Source: Octopus vulgaris
Lineage: Eukaryota
NCBI GenBank assembly: GCA_951406725.2
Contig: OX597817.1
Coordinates: 151,962,001-152,026,000 of the forward strand
Reading direction: 5' to 3'
DNA: 64,000 bases
This document shows positions 1 through 12,215 of this stretch, piece by piece (position 1 is the stretch's first letter; every line of letters starts with the position of its first letter). Both the position numbers and the translations under genes were made by a program. The notes under the pieces were generated by a model that was given only the letters and a program-made list of their open reading frames with translations, was not told the origin of the DNA and did no database searches.

Positions 1-344
1 AGAATGACAGACAAAATGCCTTGCAGTGTTTAGTTACATACAACTACTTGATTCTGAGTTCAAATGCCACTAATGTTGACCTTGCGTTTCGTTTTTCCTC
101 TGGTCTACGACATTCAGTCTTTTTAGCTTTCTTTCAATCAAAACCTTTCCATTCTTCATAGTCCTTTATGCTACAGTGGCCTCAAGCCTTGTTTGGGACA
201 GAATCGTATCAAAAATCGTTTGATACAATACAGAACCAGTCAAGTACTGGCTCTCATTTTAAGTGATTACACTTTGCTTCAAAATTAATGGCCTTGTGCT
301 AATGTTAGAATTCAATACATTAATCTGTTTTTTTATATTTGTTT

Positions 345-735
345 TAACCAATAGGCTGTGGCCATGCTGGGGGACTGCTTGAAGAATTTTTGTTTAATTG
401 AATGAATTGACCCCATTATTTTTTGTTTATTAAGCCTGGTACTTATTCTATCAGTTACTTTTGCTGAACCACTAAGTTGCGGGGGATGTAAACACACCAA
501 CACCGGTTGCTAAGCAGTGACGGGAGACAAACACACACACACACACCCTCACATATATATAGAGAGAGAGAATGGAGTTTTTTCAGTTTCCATTTACCAA
601 ACCCACACACACAAGGCTTTAGCTGGCCTGAGGCTACAGTAGAAGGCAGCTTGTCCAAGGTGTCACACAGTGGGACCGAACTTGGAACCATGTGGTTGGG
701 AAGCAAACTTCTTACCACACAGTCATGCCTGCACC
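345..735 (-). mobile_element. SINE family A (tRNA-like head, internal TA/TG microsatellite, ...cagcatggccacagtcaaatgactgaaac tail), degenerate copy
   Basis: Same head, body and tail as about 20 other copies in the window. Confidence 0.85.
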
Positions 736-1176
736 CATTAATATGTATTTAAATCTGAAGTTGATTTGAAGTCTATCTGAATATGATATTCCATCATGGC
801 GACATCACGGTGGCTAAAAGAAACTAAAGAACTATTAATGAATTAATAATTTATCAAATTCCCTAAACCAGTGTGTAGGGATCGGGTTTTTTTTGGCTTC
901 GCTCAATAGTTACACTTGGGAGACAACAGCGTTGGTCTATCAGCCGAAAAGTCAAATGACAAAGAAGATTATATTAGTTCATTCAATTTCCTACAAGAAT
1001 ATATGTAGCTTTATATATGTAAAGTAATTACTTTGTTTTTTTACAATTTTTGTTTTGAAAAATGGGTGCGTACTTTTTGTAGTGCTTGTGAAAAGGGTTC
1101 TGCCTTCTTGGCACTGAAACTCCAAATGAGGCTCCAACTCCAAAGGGTTAAAATGGCTAAAATGTGATTTTAGATA

Positions 1177-1385
1177 CTCTTTTAATTGTTTCTGTCATTT
1201 GACTGCAGCCATGCTGGAGCACTGCCTTTAGTCGAGCAAATCGACCCCAGGACTTATTCTTTGTAAGCCTGGTACTTATTCTGCCGGTCACTTTTTGCTG
1301 AACCACTAAGTAACGGGGATGTAAATACACCAGCATTTCTTGTCAGGCGATGGTGGGCGGGACAAACACAGACATACAAACATAT

Positions 1386-1454
<69 letters not shown>

Positions 1455-1858
1455 ATTTTATTTTATAGAAGGAGCTTCTACAGGACTAGAACTGTTTCAT
1501 TCAAATGAAATCATCAGGAAGCCTTCCTGATGATTTCATTTGAATGAAACAGTTCTAGTCCTGTAGAAGCTCCTTCTATAAAATAAATTAATTTACTCTG
1601 CTATGTATTGAGTACCTTATTTACTGTGGTTAACCCCGACTCAACCCGGGACCTACATATATATATATATATATATATACATATATACATATATACGCCG
1701 GGCTTCTTTCAGTTTCCATCTACTAAATCTACTCACAACGCTTTGGTCGGCCTGAGGCTATAGTGGAAGACACTTGCCCAAGGTGCCACACGGTGGGACT
1801 GAACCTGGAACCATGTGGTTGATAAGCTAGCTACTTACCACACAGCCACTTCTGTGCC
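1177..1858 (-). mobile_element. SINE family A with a fold-back/hammerhead insert in its (TA)n tract
   Basis: Tail at 1177-1380, head at 1700-1858, non-SINE insert at about 1451-1656. Confidence 0.9.
1523..1569 (+). ncRNA. Type I hammerhead ribozyme motif (mirror copy on - strand at 1475-1521)
   Basis: cttc-CTGATGA-tttcatttgaat-GAAA-cag(ttctagtc)ctg-TA-gaag: stem I cttc/gaag, short stem II ttc/gaa, stem III cag/ctg, GUA cleavage triplet. Confidence 0.7.
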
Positions 1859-2252
1859 TTTGCTTTGGCACAATGATAGAAACATGTATGGCTTTGATTG
1901 GTACAGGCATAGCCGTGAGTTTAAGAAGTTTGCTTCCCAACCACATAGCATCAGGTTCAATTCCACTGTATGGTAATTTGGATAAGTGTCTTCCATTATA
2001 GCCCTGGGCCAACCAAAACCTTGTGAATGGATTTGGTATATGAACACTGTGTATTTCAGTTAAATATATTATCCTAGTAGTTCTCAGCCATTTTTTGCCT
2101 ATGAACCACTCAGACTCTTATTTTACTCTATTGGACCTTCATAGCCATTCAATGTTCTTATTATATTTTTATAATTAAATATTATTAGGAATTATATAAA
2201 AAAAATTGTTAGAATATTTCGTGAATTGTAGAAGTATAACCAATTTATTGCC

Positions 2253-2645
2253 GGCATGGCTGTGTGGTAAGAAGCTTGCTTTTCAACCACTTGGTTCTGG
2301 GTTCAGTTCCACTGCATGTCACCTTGGGCAATTGTCTTCTACTATAGCCTCAGGTCGACCAAAGCCTTGTGAGTGGATTTGGTAGACGGAAACTGAATGA
2401 AGTCCATCGTACATGTGTGTGTGTGTGTGTGTTTGTGTTTGTGTGTCTGAGTTTGTCCCCACCAGCATCGCTTAAAAACCGATGTTGGTGTGTTTCATCC
2501 CTGTAACCTAGTGGTTCGGTAAAAGAGACTGATAGAATAAGTACTCAGCTTACAAAGAATAAGTCCTAGAGTCGATTTGTTCGACTAAAGGCAGTGCTCC
2601 AGCATGGCTGCAGTCAAATAATGGAAACAAATAAAAGAAAAAAAA
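2253..2645 (+). mobile_element. SINE family A
   Basis: Full head-to-tail copy ending in an (aaaaga)n tail. Confidence 0.88.
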
Positions 2646-2663
2646 GAAAAGAAATTTTAAGGG

Positions 2664-3015
2664 GTAGGAGTGGCTGTGTGGTAAGTAGCCTGCTTACGAA
2701 CCACATGGTTCAGTCCTACTGCGTGGCAATTTGGGTAAGCGTCTTTTACTATAGCCTCGGGCTGATCAAAGCCTAGTGAGTGGATTTGGTAGACAGAAAC
2801 TGAAAGAAGCCTGTCGTATATATGTATATATGTGTCGGTGGCACATAAAATCACCCACTACACTCTCGGAGTGGTTGGCGTTAGGAAGGGCATCCAGCTG
2901 TAGAAACACTGCCAGATCTGACTGGCCTGGTGCAGCCTTCGGGCTTGCCAGACCCCAGTTGAACCGTCCAACCCATGCTAGCATGGAAAGCGGACGTTAA
3001 ATGATGATGATGATG

Positions 3016-3055
<40 letters not shown>

Positions 3056-3275
3056 ATATGTTTGCGTGTCTGTGTTTGTACCCCCAATATTGCTTGGCAA
3101 CTGATGCTGGTGTGTTTATGTCTCCGTAAACTAGTGGTTCAGCAAAAGAGACCGATAGAATAAGTACTAGGCTTACAAAGAATAAGATCTGGGGTTAATT
3201 TTCTCGACTAAAGGCGGTGCTCCAGCATGACCACAGTCAAATGACTGAAACAAGTAAAACAGTAAAAGAGTAACA
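2664..3275 (+). mobile_element. SINE family A with a family D element (about 2835-3015) inserted in its microsatellite
   Basis: Head at 2664, insert ending in (gat)n, then body and tail resume. Confidence 0.85.
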
Positions 3276-4174
3276 AAATCTTTAAAGCCTTCCCATCCTT
3301 CAGAGTCTTGTAGTTCCCATTTAAGAATTACTCTGGTATCCAAATTTGCACAATCGTGTAAAAACAGTATTCCATCTACTTTATTATTTCTCAATATAAT
3401 GGACGTATTCCCCTAAGCATTGAAGATTAAAATACATGATCCTAGTCTCTAAGAATATAGAGATTGTCTAAGGAAGATTTGGCTCTGTATTAACAACTAA
3501 AATACTATAAGCATTGATGGAATTACATTATTTAAATATTTGACGATATAAAACTCTCTGCTGGCTCTAATGCTGCCTGTAAAGTAGTTTTGGTCATGTC
3601 AGTGCATCAGAGAATGGAGTCTACAGCACATCACTAAAAGTAAGGAAAAAATCTCGTTATTAATATAAAGATAATAGAAGGCGGCAAGCTGGAAGGATTG
3701 TTAGCACACCAGACAAAATGCTTGGCACCATTTTGTCTGTTTTTACATTCTGAGTTCAAATTCTACTGAAGGTGACATTGCCTTTCTTCCTCTCAGGGTT
3801 GATGAGATAAGTACCTATTTCTTTACTACCCGCAAGGGGCCAAACACAGAGAGGACAAACAAGGACAGACAAATGGATTAAGTCAATTACATCGACCCCC
3901 AGTGCGTAACTGGTACTTATTTGATCGACCCCGAAAGGATGAAAGGTAAAGTCGACCTCAGTGAAAGTTGAGCACTGGGGTCAATGTAACTGACTTACTC
4001 AACTCCCCCCACCCACCGAATTTTCTGGCCTTGTGCCAAAATTTGAAACCAATATAAAACTAAGGATTCAAACTAAATGTTGATTAGAATATCGAATATT
4101 GAGTTATTAGAATATCTAAATATTAGAATACCTGATATTAAGATATATCAGAAAGAGTTTGATATTACATTTTT

Positions 4175-4910
4175 TTACCTGTTTCAGTCATTTGACTGTG
4201 ACCATGCTGGAGCACCGCCTTTAGTCGAATAAATCGAATCCAGGACTTATTCTTTATAAGCCTAGTATTTATTCTATCTCTCCCTTTTGCCGAACATTAG
4301 TAGTCAAGTGATGGTAGAGGGACAAACACAGACTCACAAACATATACACACATACATATACCAAAATTGAACCAACCCTATGACTGGCACCCGGCAGTTG
4401 CCAGTGCCACTGGACTGACTCCTGTGCAGGTGGCAAATAAAGAAACACCATTTCGACCCTGTGCTTGAGGAGACCTATTGAGTCAAGTACATCAACATCA
4501 AAAATCAATGGAAATTGTAGTTGTGATCCCTGTGCCAATGGCACGTAAAAAGCACCCACTACACTCACAGAGTGGTTGGCATTAGGAAGGGCATCCAGCT
4601 GTAGAAACACTGCCAGATCAGACTGGAGCTTGGTGCAGCCTTCAGGCTTCCCAGACCCCGGTCGAACCGTCCAACCCATGCTAGCATAGAAAACAGATGT
4701 TAAACGATGATGATGATGATGATGATATATATATATAATTAATATATACGATGGGCTTCTTTCAGTTTCCATCAATCAAATCTACTCACAAGGCTTTGGT
4801 CAGCCCGAGGCTATAGCAGAAGACACTTGCCCAAGGTGCCATGCAGTGGGACTGAACCCGGAACCGTATGGTCGGTAAGTAAGCTACTTACCACACAGCT
4901 ATGCCTGCGT
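4175..4910 (-). mobile_element. SINE family A with a + strand family D insert (about 4375-4725)
   Basis: Nested copies recognisable by identity to other copies. Confidence 0.82.
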
Positions 4911-5189
4911 TTATGCTTATTTCTGTTTAGAAGTTAAATTAAGAGTTGGCATTGTCAGAGAATCCCAATCTGCAGTTAGAACCATTAAAAGGTAAAAGAC
5001 TATTAATTTTTTTTTTTTTTAACATAGGTCAGTCATGGCTGTATTGTCAAAATGTTTGCTTTGCAACCCTGTAGTTTCAGGTTCAGTTCCTCTGTATACC
5101 ACTTTGGGCCAAATGTCTCCTACTATTGCCCTGGACCAACCAATGTCTTGCGAGTGAATTTGGTTGATAGGAACTGTGTGGGAATCCAT

Positions 5190-5440
5190 CAGGACCTGAG
5201 AGACCTGCATGGGGTTGATGTAGGTGTCTTCAAAATAAAGCTGGACCTCTTCCTGTTAGGTGTCCCAGATGAACCAACTTCGCGGCAGGAGGTGCAGATG
5301 AGGGCAGTTGCATCAAACTCTCTCATGCACCAAATGTCAATTGCTAAAATTCATGCATGAAGTAAAATTATGTAGCAACACCAAATGGCAGTGCCCCAGC
5401 ATGGCCACAGCTCGTGAGCTGAAACTAGATTAAAAAAAAA
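5190..5440 (+). mobile_element. 5'-truncated CR1/L2-like LINE 3' end inserted in a SINE A copy
   Basis: Encodes DLRDLHGVDVGVFKIKLDLFLLGVPDEPTSRQEVQMRAVASNSLMHQ (FKxKLDxFLxxVPDEP...ASNSL ORF2 C-terminus), then a 3' tail and A-run. Confidence 0.75.
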
Positions 5441-5995
5441 ATTTTTTTAATATATGTATGTATGTATGTATGTACATATTGCTTGTGTGTGTGCATGTGC
5501 GTGTGTATGCATGTGTGTGTGTGTGTGTTTGTCCCCATCCCCAACATGACAATCATTGTTGGTTTGTTTATGTCTTCATAACCTAATTTTTTTTGGCAAA
5601 AGTGTCCAATGGAACAAATACCAGTCTTCAAAAAATAATAAATAAATAAAGTACTGGGGTGGATTTGTTTGACTGAACCCTTCCAGGCATTGGCTCCATA
5701 TGACCACAGTCCATTGATTGAAACAAATAAAAGAATTTAAAAAATGAAGGAATAAAAGAATAAAAGAATCAAAAGAATTCATACATTGCAAATTACCAAA
5801 CATTGCAAAACTTTGTTGAGTTCTTTAGAATGTATGAAGAGAGAAATAGTTGATTCCAATCCTTTTATAACCAATGCTTAACTAAGGAGCATTTATAAAT
5901 AAACATCTTTTTCCTGTTTTACTAAAGGTTTTTTTACGTTTATATATTTGTTTTGCAAGATTCTTGATGTGAAATCATGTGTTGAAACAGATATT

Positions 5996-6315
5996 GTTGT
6001 ATTTAGGGATGGTCATGTTGCCAGTTTAGCCAATAAAAACACACACACTATATATTTGGTGTTCACTTGCTTCAGCTTTATTTATTTTTTACATTAATCT
6101 TAATCTTATTTTGGCCAGAGTTCTTTCGAGACACTTAAAATAAGAAAGAAGAAAGCAAAAGACCATTGATGAGGTCACAGAAGTGTGACGAAACAGCTCT
6201 GGCCGAAATAAGATTAATGTAAAAAATAAATAAAACTGAAGCAAATTAACACCAAATATATAGTGCAAGTGTTTTTATTGGCTAAACTGGCAACATGACC
6301 ATTCCTAAATACAAC
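5996..6315. mobile_element. Fold-back MITE with ~140-bp imperfect terminal inverted repeats
   Basis: gttgtatttagggatggtcatgttgccagtttagccaataaaaacac... vs ...gtgtttttattggctaaactggcaacatgaccattcctaaatacaac. Confidence 0.85.
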
Positions 6316-6387
6316 TAAATGTTTTATCGTAGTTTTAAACCTGAAGTATTCCCTGTTCTTTTGTATTTCCACAGGTGTCTGAAAACA

Positions 6388-6604
6388 ATGCATTCTAAGA
6401 AGAAAAGCAACCTATACATCTCACTGCTAGTTCTGCTGTGTTCAGCCAGCTGCTCATTGGCTTTCCCTCACATTCAACCATTTTTCTTCCTATGTAACAT
6501 AAATGGACTAAGTAAAGACGTGGGTATAGACAAAGGAGAGATTTCTTTGAGTGTATCAATCAAAGGAAACCCAGAATATTATGAACCGGGTCATATATAT
6601 GAGA
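6388..6604 (+). CDS. RELN: Reelin coding exon 1: signal peptide and start of reeler domain (exon starts at 6375 with 13 nt of 5'UTR)
   Basis: Acceptor tatttccacag ends at 6374; ATG at 6388. Encodes MHSKKKSNLYISLLVLLCSASCSLAFPHIQPFFFLCNINGLSKDVGIDKGEISLSVSIKGNPEYYEPGHIYE, matching the vertebrate Reelin N-terminus (PRFSPFFFLC...GEVLISLHIAGNPTYYVPG). Donor gtaagt at 6605, phase 1. Confidence 0.95.
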
Positions 6605-6911
6605 GTAAGTAGAACATTTAACTTAACCCTTTTATTGCTGTATTTATTTTGAGATGCTCTGTGTTTCTTTCAATTAATTTTAAATATAATAAAGAATTTA
6701 GTAAAATAACTTAGTTATCATTAACCCATTCATGCTGATCATCTGTTTAAAGTGACACTTAATTTATAAGGTTATTAATCGAATACATGATAGAAATTGT
6801 GACTTGTGTATGATCTGTATCAAAGAATGAAATATGTTCTTAATGTATATGCAGTCTGTATCAAATGGATTTCAATGAAATATTTTTCAGTTGTTATTTA
6901 GGTGTTATTTA

Positions 6912-7139
6912 GGTGGCTGTGTGGTAGGAAGCTTGCTTTCCGACCACATGGTTCTGGGTTCAGTCCTGCTGCATGGTACCTTGAGCAAGTGTCTTCTACT
7001 ATAGCTTTGGGCTGACCAAAGCCTTGTAAATAGATTTGGTAGACAGAAACTGAGAGAAGGCCATCGTATGTGTATATATATATATATATCGGCAGCGATT
7101 ATTCTTATATCTATAAGAATGCCATATTAATATGGCGAT

Positions 7140-7177
<38 letters not shown>

Positions 7178-7395
7178 GTGTGTGTGTCTATGTCTGTGTT
7201 TGTCCCCCCACCATCGCTTCACAACCGATGCTGGTGTGTTTACGTCCCCATAACTTAGCGGTTCAGCAGAAGGGACTGATAGAATAAGCACCAGGCTTAC
7301 AAAGAATAAGTCCAGGGTTCGATTTCTTCGACTAAACGGTGGTGCTTCAGCATGGCCACTGTCAATTGACTGAAACAAGTAAAAGAATAAAAGAA
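6912..7395 (+). mobile_element. SINE family A
   Basis: Full copy with a short palindromic insert in the TA tract. Confidence 0.88.
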
Positions 7396-8842
7396 CTGTA
7401 TGATAGAAATATAACCAATTTATTGCAGATAAATTTTAACAACAAAATATTATGTGGACCCTCAGGGGCCATATGGACTCTGGTTGAGAACCACTAGGTT
7501 TGAGTGTTGGACTCATGATTGTAAGATTGTGGTTTCAATTCCTGAACCAGGAGATGTCTAGTGTTCTCGAGCAAAACACTTCAATTCACATTGGTCTAGT
7601 CCACTCAGTGTGCAAAAGGGAGTAATATGATGAAAGTGGTGCCCAGCATGGCAAACCAGTGATGGATGATGGACTAAAAAAGAGAAACAAAAGGAAATGA
7701 ACTTCTGAACTGAGGGACCATAGGCACTAACATAGCTGGGGCAGCACTTTTCATCCTCTTGTAGGCTATAAGCCAGAATAGATTGTATTGATCTAGTGCA
7801 GTATGCAATAATTCCTGATATTATATAATAAAAAAAAAATACTGGAAATGCACGACTTTTGGGTCTGCTGTAGGTAATATGTGTTTTTTGTAGAGTCTGG
7901 GGACAGCAAACAGAAGGGCCGACCCAAGCAGCACACACTCTAGCTACACTAGTGGCCATAGGCCTACCCTAGTGTTGAGTATATCATTTCACTACAGTGT
8001 TTCTAAGTCCAACAGTGTTTCTAAGGGCTAAATAACAGTAGCATTCTTCCCTTTTATGGGACTGTCACATTAAGTTGACAACATTCTATGACTATTTCAT
8101 TTTTCTTTAATAATCCTGAATTTTAGAAAATGAAAATGAATTCAAAGTGAAATGCATATTTTTCTTGCTTCTCAATTGGGCAACAATGCATCTTTCTCAA
8201 TAATTGAGATGCTACTCAAATATCTTAACAATCATGATGAATACAGAGCCTTAGACATGACCAGAGTGCCAGTGTGTTTAGTCTGCAGGAATAGCTATGG
8301 GGTTAAGAAGTTTGCTTTGCAATCATGTTGCAATTATGCAATAGTGTATGTGCAGACGTGGCTGTGAGGTAAAGAAGCTCACTTTACAACCACAGGGTTT
8401 TGAGTTCAGTTCCACAACATGGCCCTTGAAGAAATGTCTTCTACCACTGCCCCGCCCTAAACAATGCCTTGTGAATTCAGGATAATTGTGGTTGTAGAAA
8501 AATGAAATACTTGTGAATTTGTTAGAAGTCTTTTGTGTGCACACACTCACACATATACCATCATCACCATCATCATCGTTTAACGTCCGCTTTCCATGCT
8601 AGCATGGGTTGGATGATTTGACTGAGGACTGGTGAATCAGATGGCTGCACCAGGCTCCAATCTTGATCTGGCAGAGTTTCTACAGCTGGATGCCCTTCCT
8701 AACGCCAACCACTCCAAGAGTGTAGTTTTCAGTCCCACTGCGTGGCACCCTAGCAAGTGTCTTCTACTATAGCTTTGGGCCAACCAAAGCCTTGTGAGTG
8801 GATTTGGGAGATGGAAACTGAAAGAAGCCCATCATATATATG

Positions 8843-8887
<45 letters not shown>

Positions 8888-9180
8888 TTTGTGTGTCTGT
8901 GTTTGTCTCTCCAACATCGCTTGACAACCGATACTGGTGTGTTTACGTCCCCGTAACTTAGCGGTTCAGGGAAAAGAAACTGATAGAATAAGTACTAGGC
9001 TTACAAAGAATAAGTCCTGGGGTCGATTTGTTCGACTAAAGGTGGTGCTCCAGCATGGCCACAGTCAAATGACTGAAACAAGTAAAAGAGTTAAAAGAGA
9101 GAGAGAGAGAGTAATAAGTATTAAAATAAATCAATAAGTATTTTACATTTTCTTTTTAAATGAACTCTACTACAAAAATG

Positions 9181-9566
9181 TGGAGGCGCAATGGTCAGTG
9201 GTTAGGGCAGCGGACTCGCGGTCATAGGATCGCGGTTTCGATTCCCAGACCGGGCGTTGTGAGTGTTTATTGAGCAAAAACACCTAAAGCTCCACGAGGC
9301 TTCGGCAGGGGATGGTGGTGATCCCTGCTGTACTCTTTCACCACAACTTTCTCTCACTCTTACTTCCTGTTTCTGTTGTACCTGTATTTCAAGGGGCCGG
9401 CCTTGTCACTCTCTGTGTCACGCTGAATATTCCCGAGAACTACGTTAAGGGTACACGTGTCTGTGGAGTGCTCAGCCACTTACACGTTAATTTCACGAGC
9501 AGGCTGTTCCGTTGATCGGATCAACCGGAACCCTCATCGTCGTAACCGACGGAGTGCTTCCACCAG
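9181..9566 (+). mobile_element. SINE family C (tRNA-Arg-like head), full length with 12-bp TSD
   Basis: Head gtggaggcgcaatggtcagtggttagggcagcggacTCGcggtc...gtttcgattccc (A and B boxes). TSD actacaaaaatg at 9169-9180 and 9567-9578. Confidence 0.88.
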
Positions 9567-9789
9567 ACTACAAAAATGATTTGTAACTGAATATGAGCGA
9601 CTGAATTTAGTAACTGGAAAACCATCATTACTGTCATAGTCATCATCATCATTATCATCATTGCTATTTTCATCATCATCATTATGATCATTGTTATCAT
9701 CGTGTATCTTTAATTCTTTCCCTGTGTAATGATTGCAGCAAATCACTTTCATCTCTGTTTAGTCGTCCAATGAAATGCTTTAATGACAA

Positions 9790-10285
9790 TTGGATAATGA
9801 TAATGATGTTGATGGTGATGGTGGTGATGATGATGATAATGATGATGATGATGATGATGATGATGATGGGAAAGGCTGGTAGGGCAGACAACAGCAGTAG
9901 TGATGGCTCCCATGACGACTTTAATGATGATGATGAGGAGGAGGAGGAGGGGGAAGACGACGACGACAATGACAATGGTGATGATGATGATGATAACAAT
10001 GAGGATGGTGGTGGTGGTGGTGGTGATGGTGGTGATGATGATGATGGCGATGACGATGATAATGACAATAATGATGATGATGATAATGATGATGATAACA
10101 ATGATGGTGGTGGTGGTAGTGGTGGTGGTGATGATGATGATGGCGATGACAATGATAATGACAATAATGATGATGATGATAACAATGATGGTGGTGGTGG
10201 TGGTAGTGGTGGTGATGATGATGATGACGACGATGATAACGACAATGATGATGATGATGATGATGAATTTGACAATGATGATCAT
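9790..10285. repeat. Compound (GAT/GGT/GAC)n trinucleotide low-complexity array
   Basis: Read directly. It produces the spurious poly-D/S/I/M ORFs. Confidence 0.95.
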
Positions 10286-10687
10286 AACAGAAAATTAGTA
10301 ATTTTGCTTTAATTAATCCTGAACAATAAAGGTTCTCTAAGTTAATTGTATCAACAAGGCATGAAATGAATTAGGAATGAGAATCTACCCAGAATGGTTC
10401 AACAACTGCAATTGTTTTGTTGTTGTTGCTGTTGCCATTGTTGCTGTAGCTTGGCCTCAGGTCAAGCCTGGCATCCAGCAGACCTATGAATAATAATATA
10501 TTCTGACCTAGATCCGAATGCCATCTGTCTTTACATTTTTAAATGTATGACTACACTACTCAGTATTATATAAGGTGGCAGGCTCTAATCTGAGGGAAAT
10601 TTGGTTTCTATGTCTAGCAGATAAAGTAACCACATAGAGGCCCTTCCTGTCATCAAACCACAACTATACGATTTCCATTCAAGGTTT

Positions 10688-10718
<31 letters not shown>

Positions 10719-10724
10719 ATATAT

Positions 10725-10953
10725 ATTTCTTTACTACCCACAAGGGGCTACACAGAAGGGACAAGCAAGGACAGACAAACGGAGTAAGTCGATTACATCG
10801 ACCCCAGTGCGTAACTGGTACTTATTTAATCGACCCCGAAAGGATGAAAGGCAAAGTCGACCTTGGCGGAATTCGAACCCAGAACGTAGCGGCAGACGAA
10901 ATACCGCAAAGCATTTCACCCGGCGTGCTAACGTTTCTGCCAGCTCGCCGCCT
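10725..10953 (-). mobile_element. SINE family B (tRNA-like head plus gtcgactttgcctttcatcctttcggggtcgataaattaagtacc core)
   Basis: Near-identical to copies at 12216, 20755, 23895, 35213 and 44573. Confidence 0.88.
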
Positions 10954-11020
10954 TATATATATATATATATAAACTATCTTGGAAATGGATGCATGGTGGT
11001 CAATCAAATAATATATAGAT

Positions 11021-11056
<36 letters not shown>

Positions 11057-11464
11057 TTAACGTCCACTTTCCATGCTGGCATGGGTTGGACGGTTTGACT
11101 GTGGACTGGCGAGTTAGATAGCTGCACCAGGTTCCAATCTGATCTGGCAGAGTTTCTACAGCTGGATTCCCTTCCTAACACCAACCGAGAGTGTAGTGGG
11201 TGCTTTTACGTGCCACCGGCATGAGGGCCAGTCAGGTGGTACTGACGACGGCCACACTCAAATGGTGTTTTTTATGGTTTTACTATAGCCTCAGGCCAAC
11301 AAAAACCTTATGAGCAGATTTGGTAGACAGAAACTGAAAGAGGCCATCATATATTTCTGTATTTGTGTGAGTATGTGTCTGTATGTCCCCAATCATTGAT
11401 TGGCAACTGGTGTTTGCTTATTTTACATCCCTGTAACATAGCAGTCCAGCAAAAGACACTGATA

Positions 11465-12032
11465 CGAGGGTGAGTCAAAAAGTAATGTCATTTTGTTTAG
11501 GACAGGTATAATTACCAACAAAAGAACATGTATCATACATCAAAATGAAGCTGGTCCTCTGTGGATCACATCCCTACTGCTCAACATAGTCACTGTTTCT
11601 CTCAATAGCAATGTTCCACCTTCGAATGAGAGCATGTATCCCTGCCTCGTAAAATTCTGTTGACTGTTCTTTGAGCCACTTCTTCACTACAGTTTTCACT
11701 TCCTAGTCACTGGAATAATTTAACACCTTCAGACTATCATCTCTTCAGCCCCATGAAAAATGGTCTGTGAGCCAAACATTATTCCAGTGATGCAGAATTG
11801 AAAACTGTAGTGAAGAAGTGGCTCAAAGAACAGTCAACAGAATTTTACAGGGTAGGGATACATGCTCTCATTTGAAGGTGGAACATTGCTATTGAGAGAA
11901 ATAGTGACCATATTGAGAAGTGGGGATGTGATCCACAGAGGTACAGCTTCATTTTGATGTATGATACATATTCCTTTGTTGGAAATTATACCTGTCCTAA
12001 ACAAAATGGCATTACTTTTTGACTCACCCTTG
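11465..12032. mobile_element. Mariner-derived fold-back element made of two inverted 3' ends, TA TSD
   Basis: TA|cgagggtgagtcaaaaagtaatg...cattactttttgactcacccttg|TA, with inverted arms of about 250 bp. Encodes a PSDYHLFSPMKNGL...VKKWLKEQSTEFY transposase C-terminus. Inserted inside a SINE A body. Confidence 0.9.
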
Positions 12033-12215
12033 TAGAATAAGAACCAAGCTTAAAAACATAAGCACTCTAGTCAAGTTGTTCAACAAAATTCTTCAAAGTG
12101 GTGCCCTAGCATGGCCATAATACTGGTGCCATAGGAAAAGCACCTATTACAACCTGTAAAGTGGGTAGCATTAGGAAGAGCATCCAGCCATAAAAACCAT
12201 GCTAAAACATGCTAT

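Noticed and set aside
9181-9255. tRNA-Arg-like sequence (also at 42001 and other SINE heads)
   Set aside because: Continues directly into a SINE body with a TSD and lacks a proper acceptor stem; not called a tRNA gene.
9697-10312. Long ORFs on both strands (poly-S, poly-I, poly-D, poly-M)
   Set aside because: Products of a trinucleotide low-complexity array; no splice or homology support.
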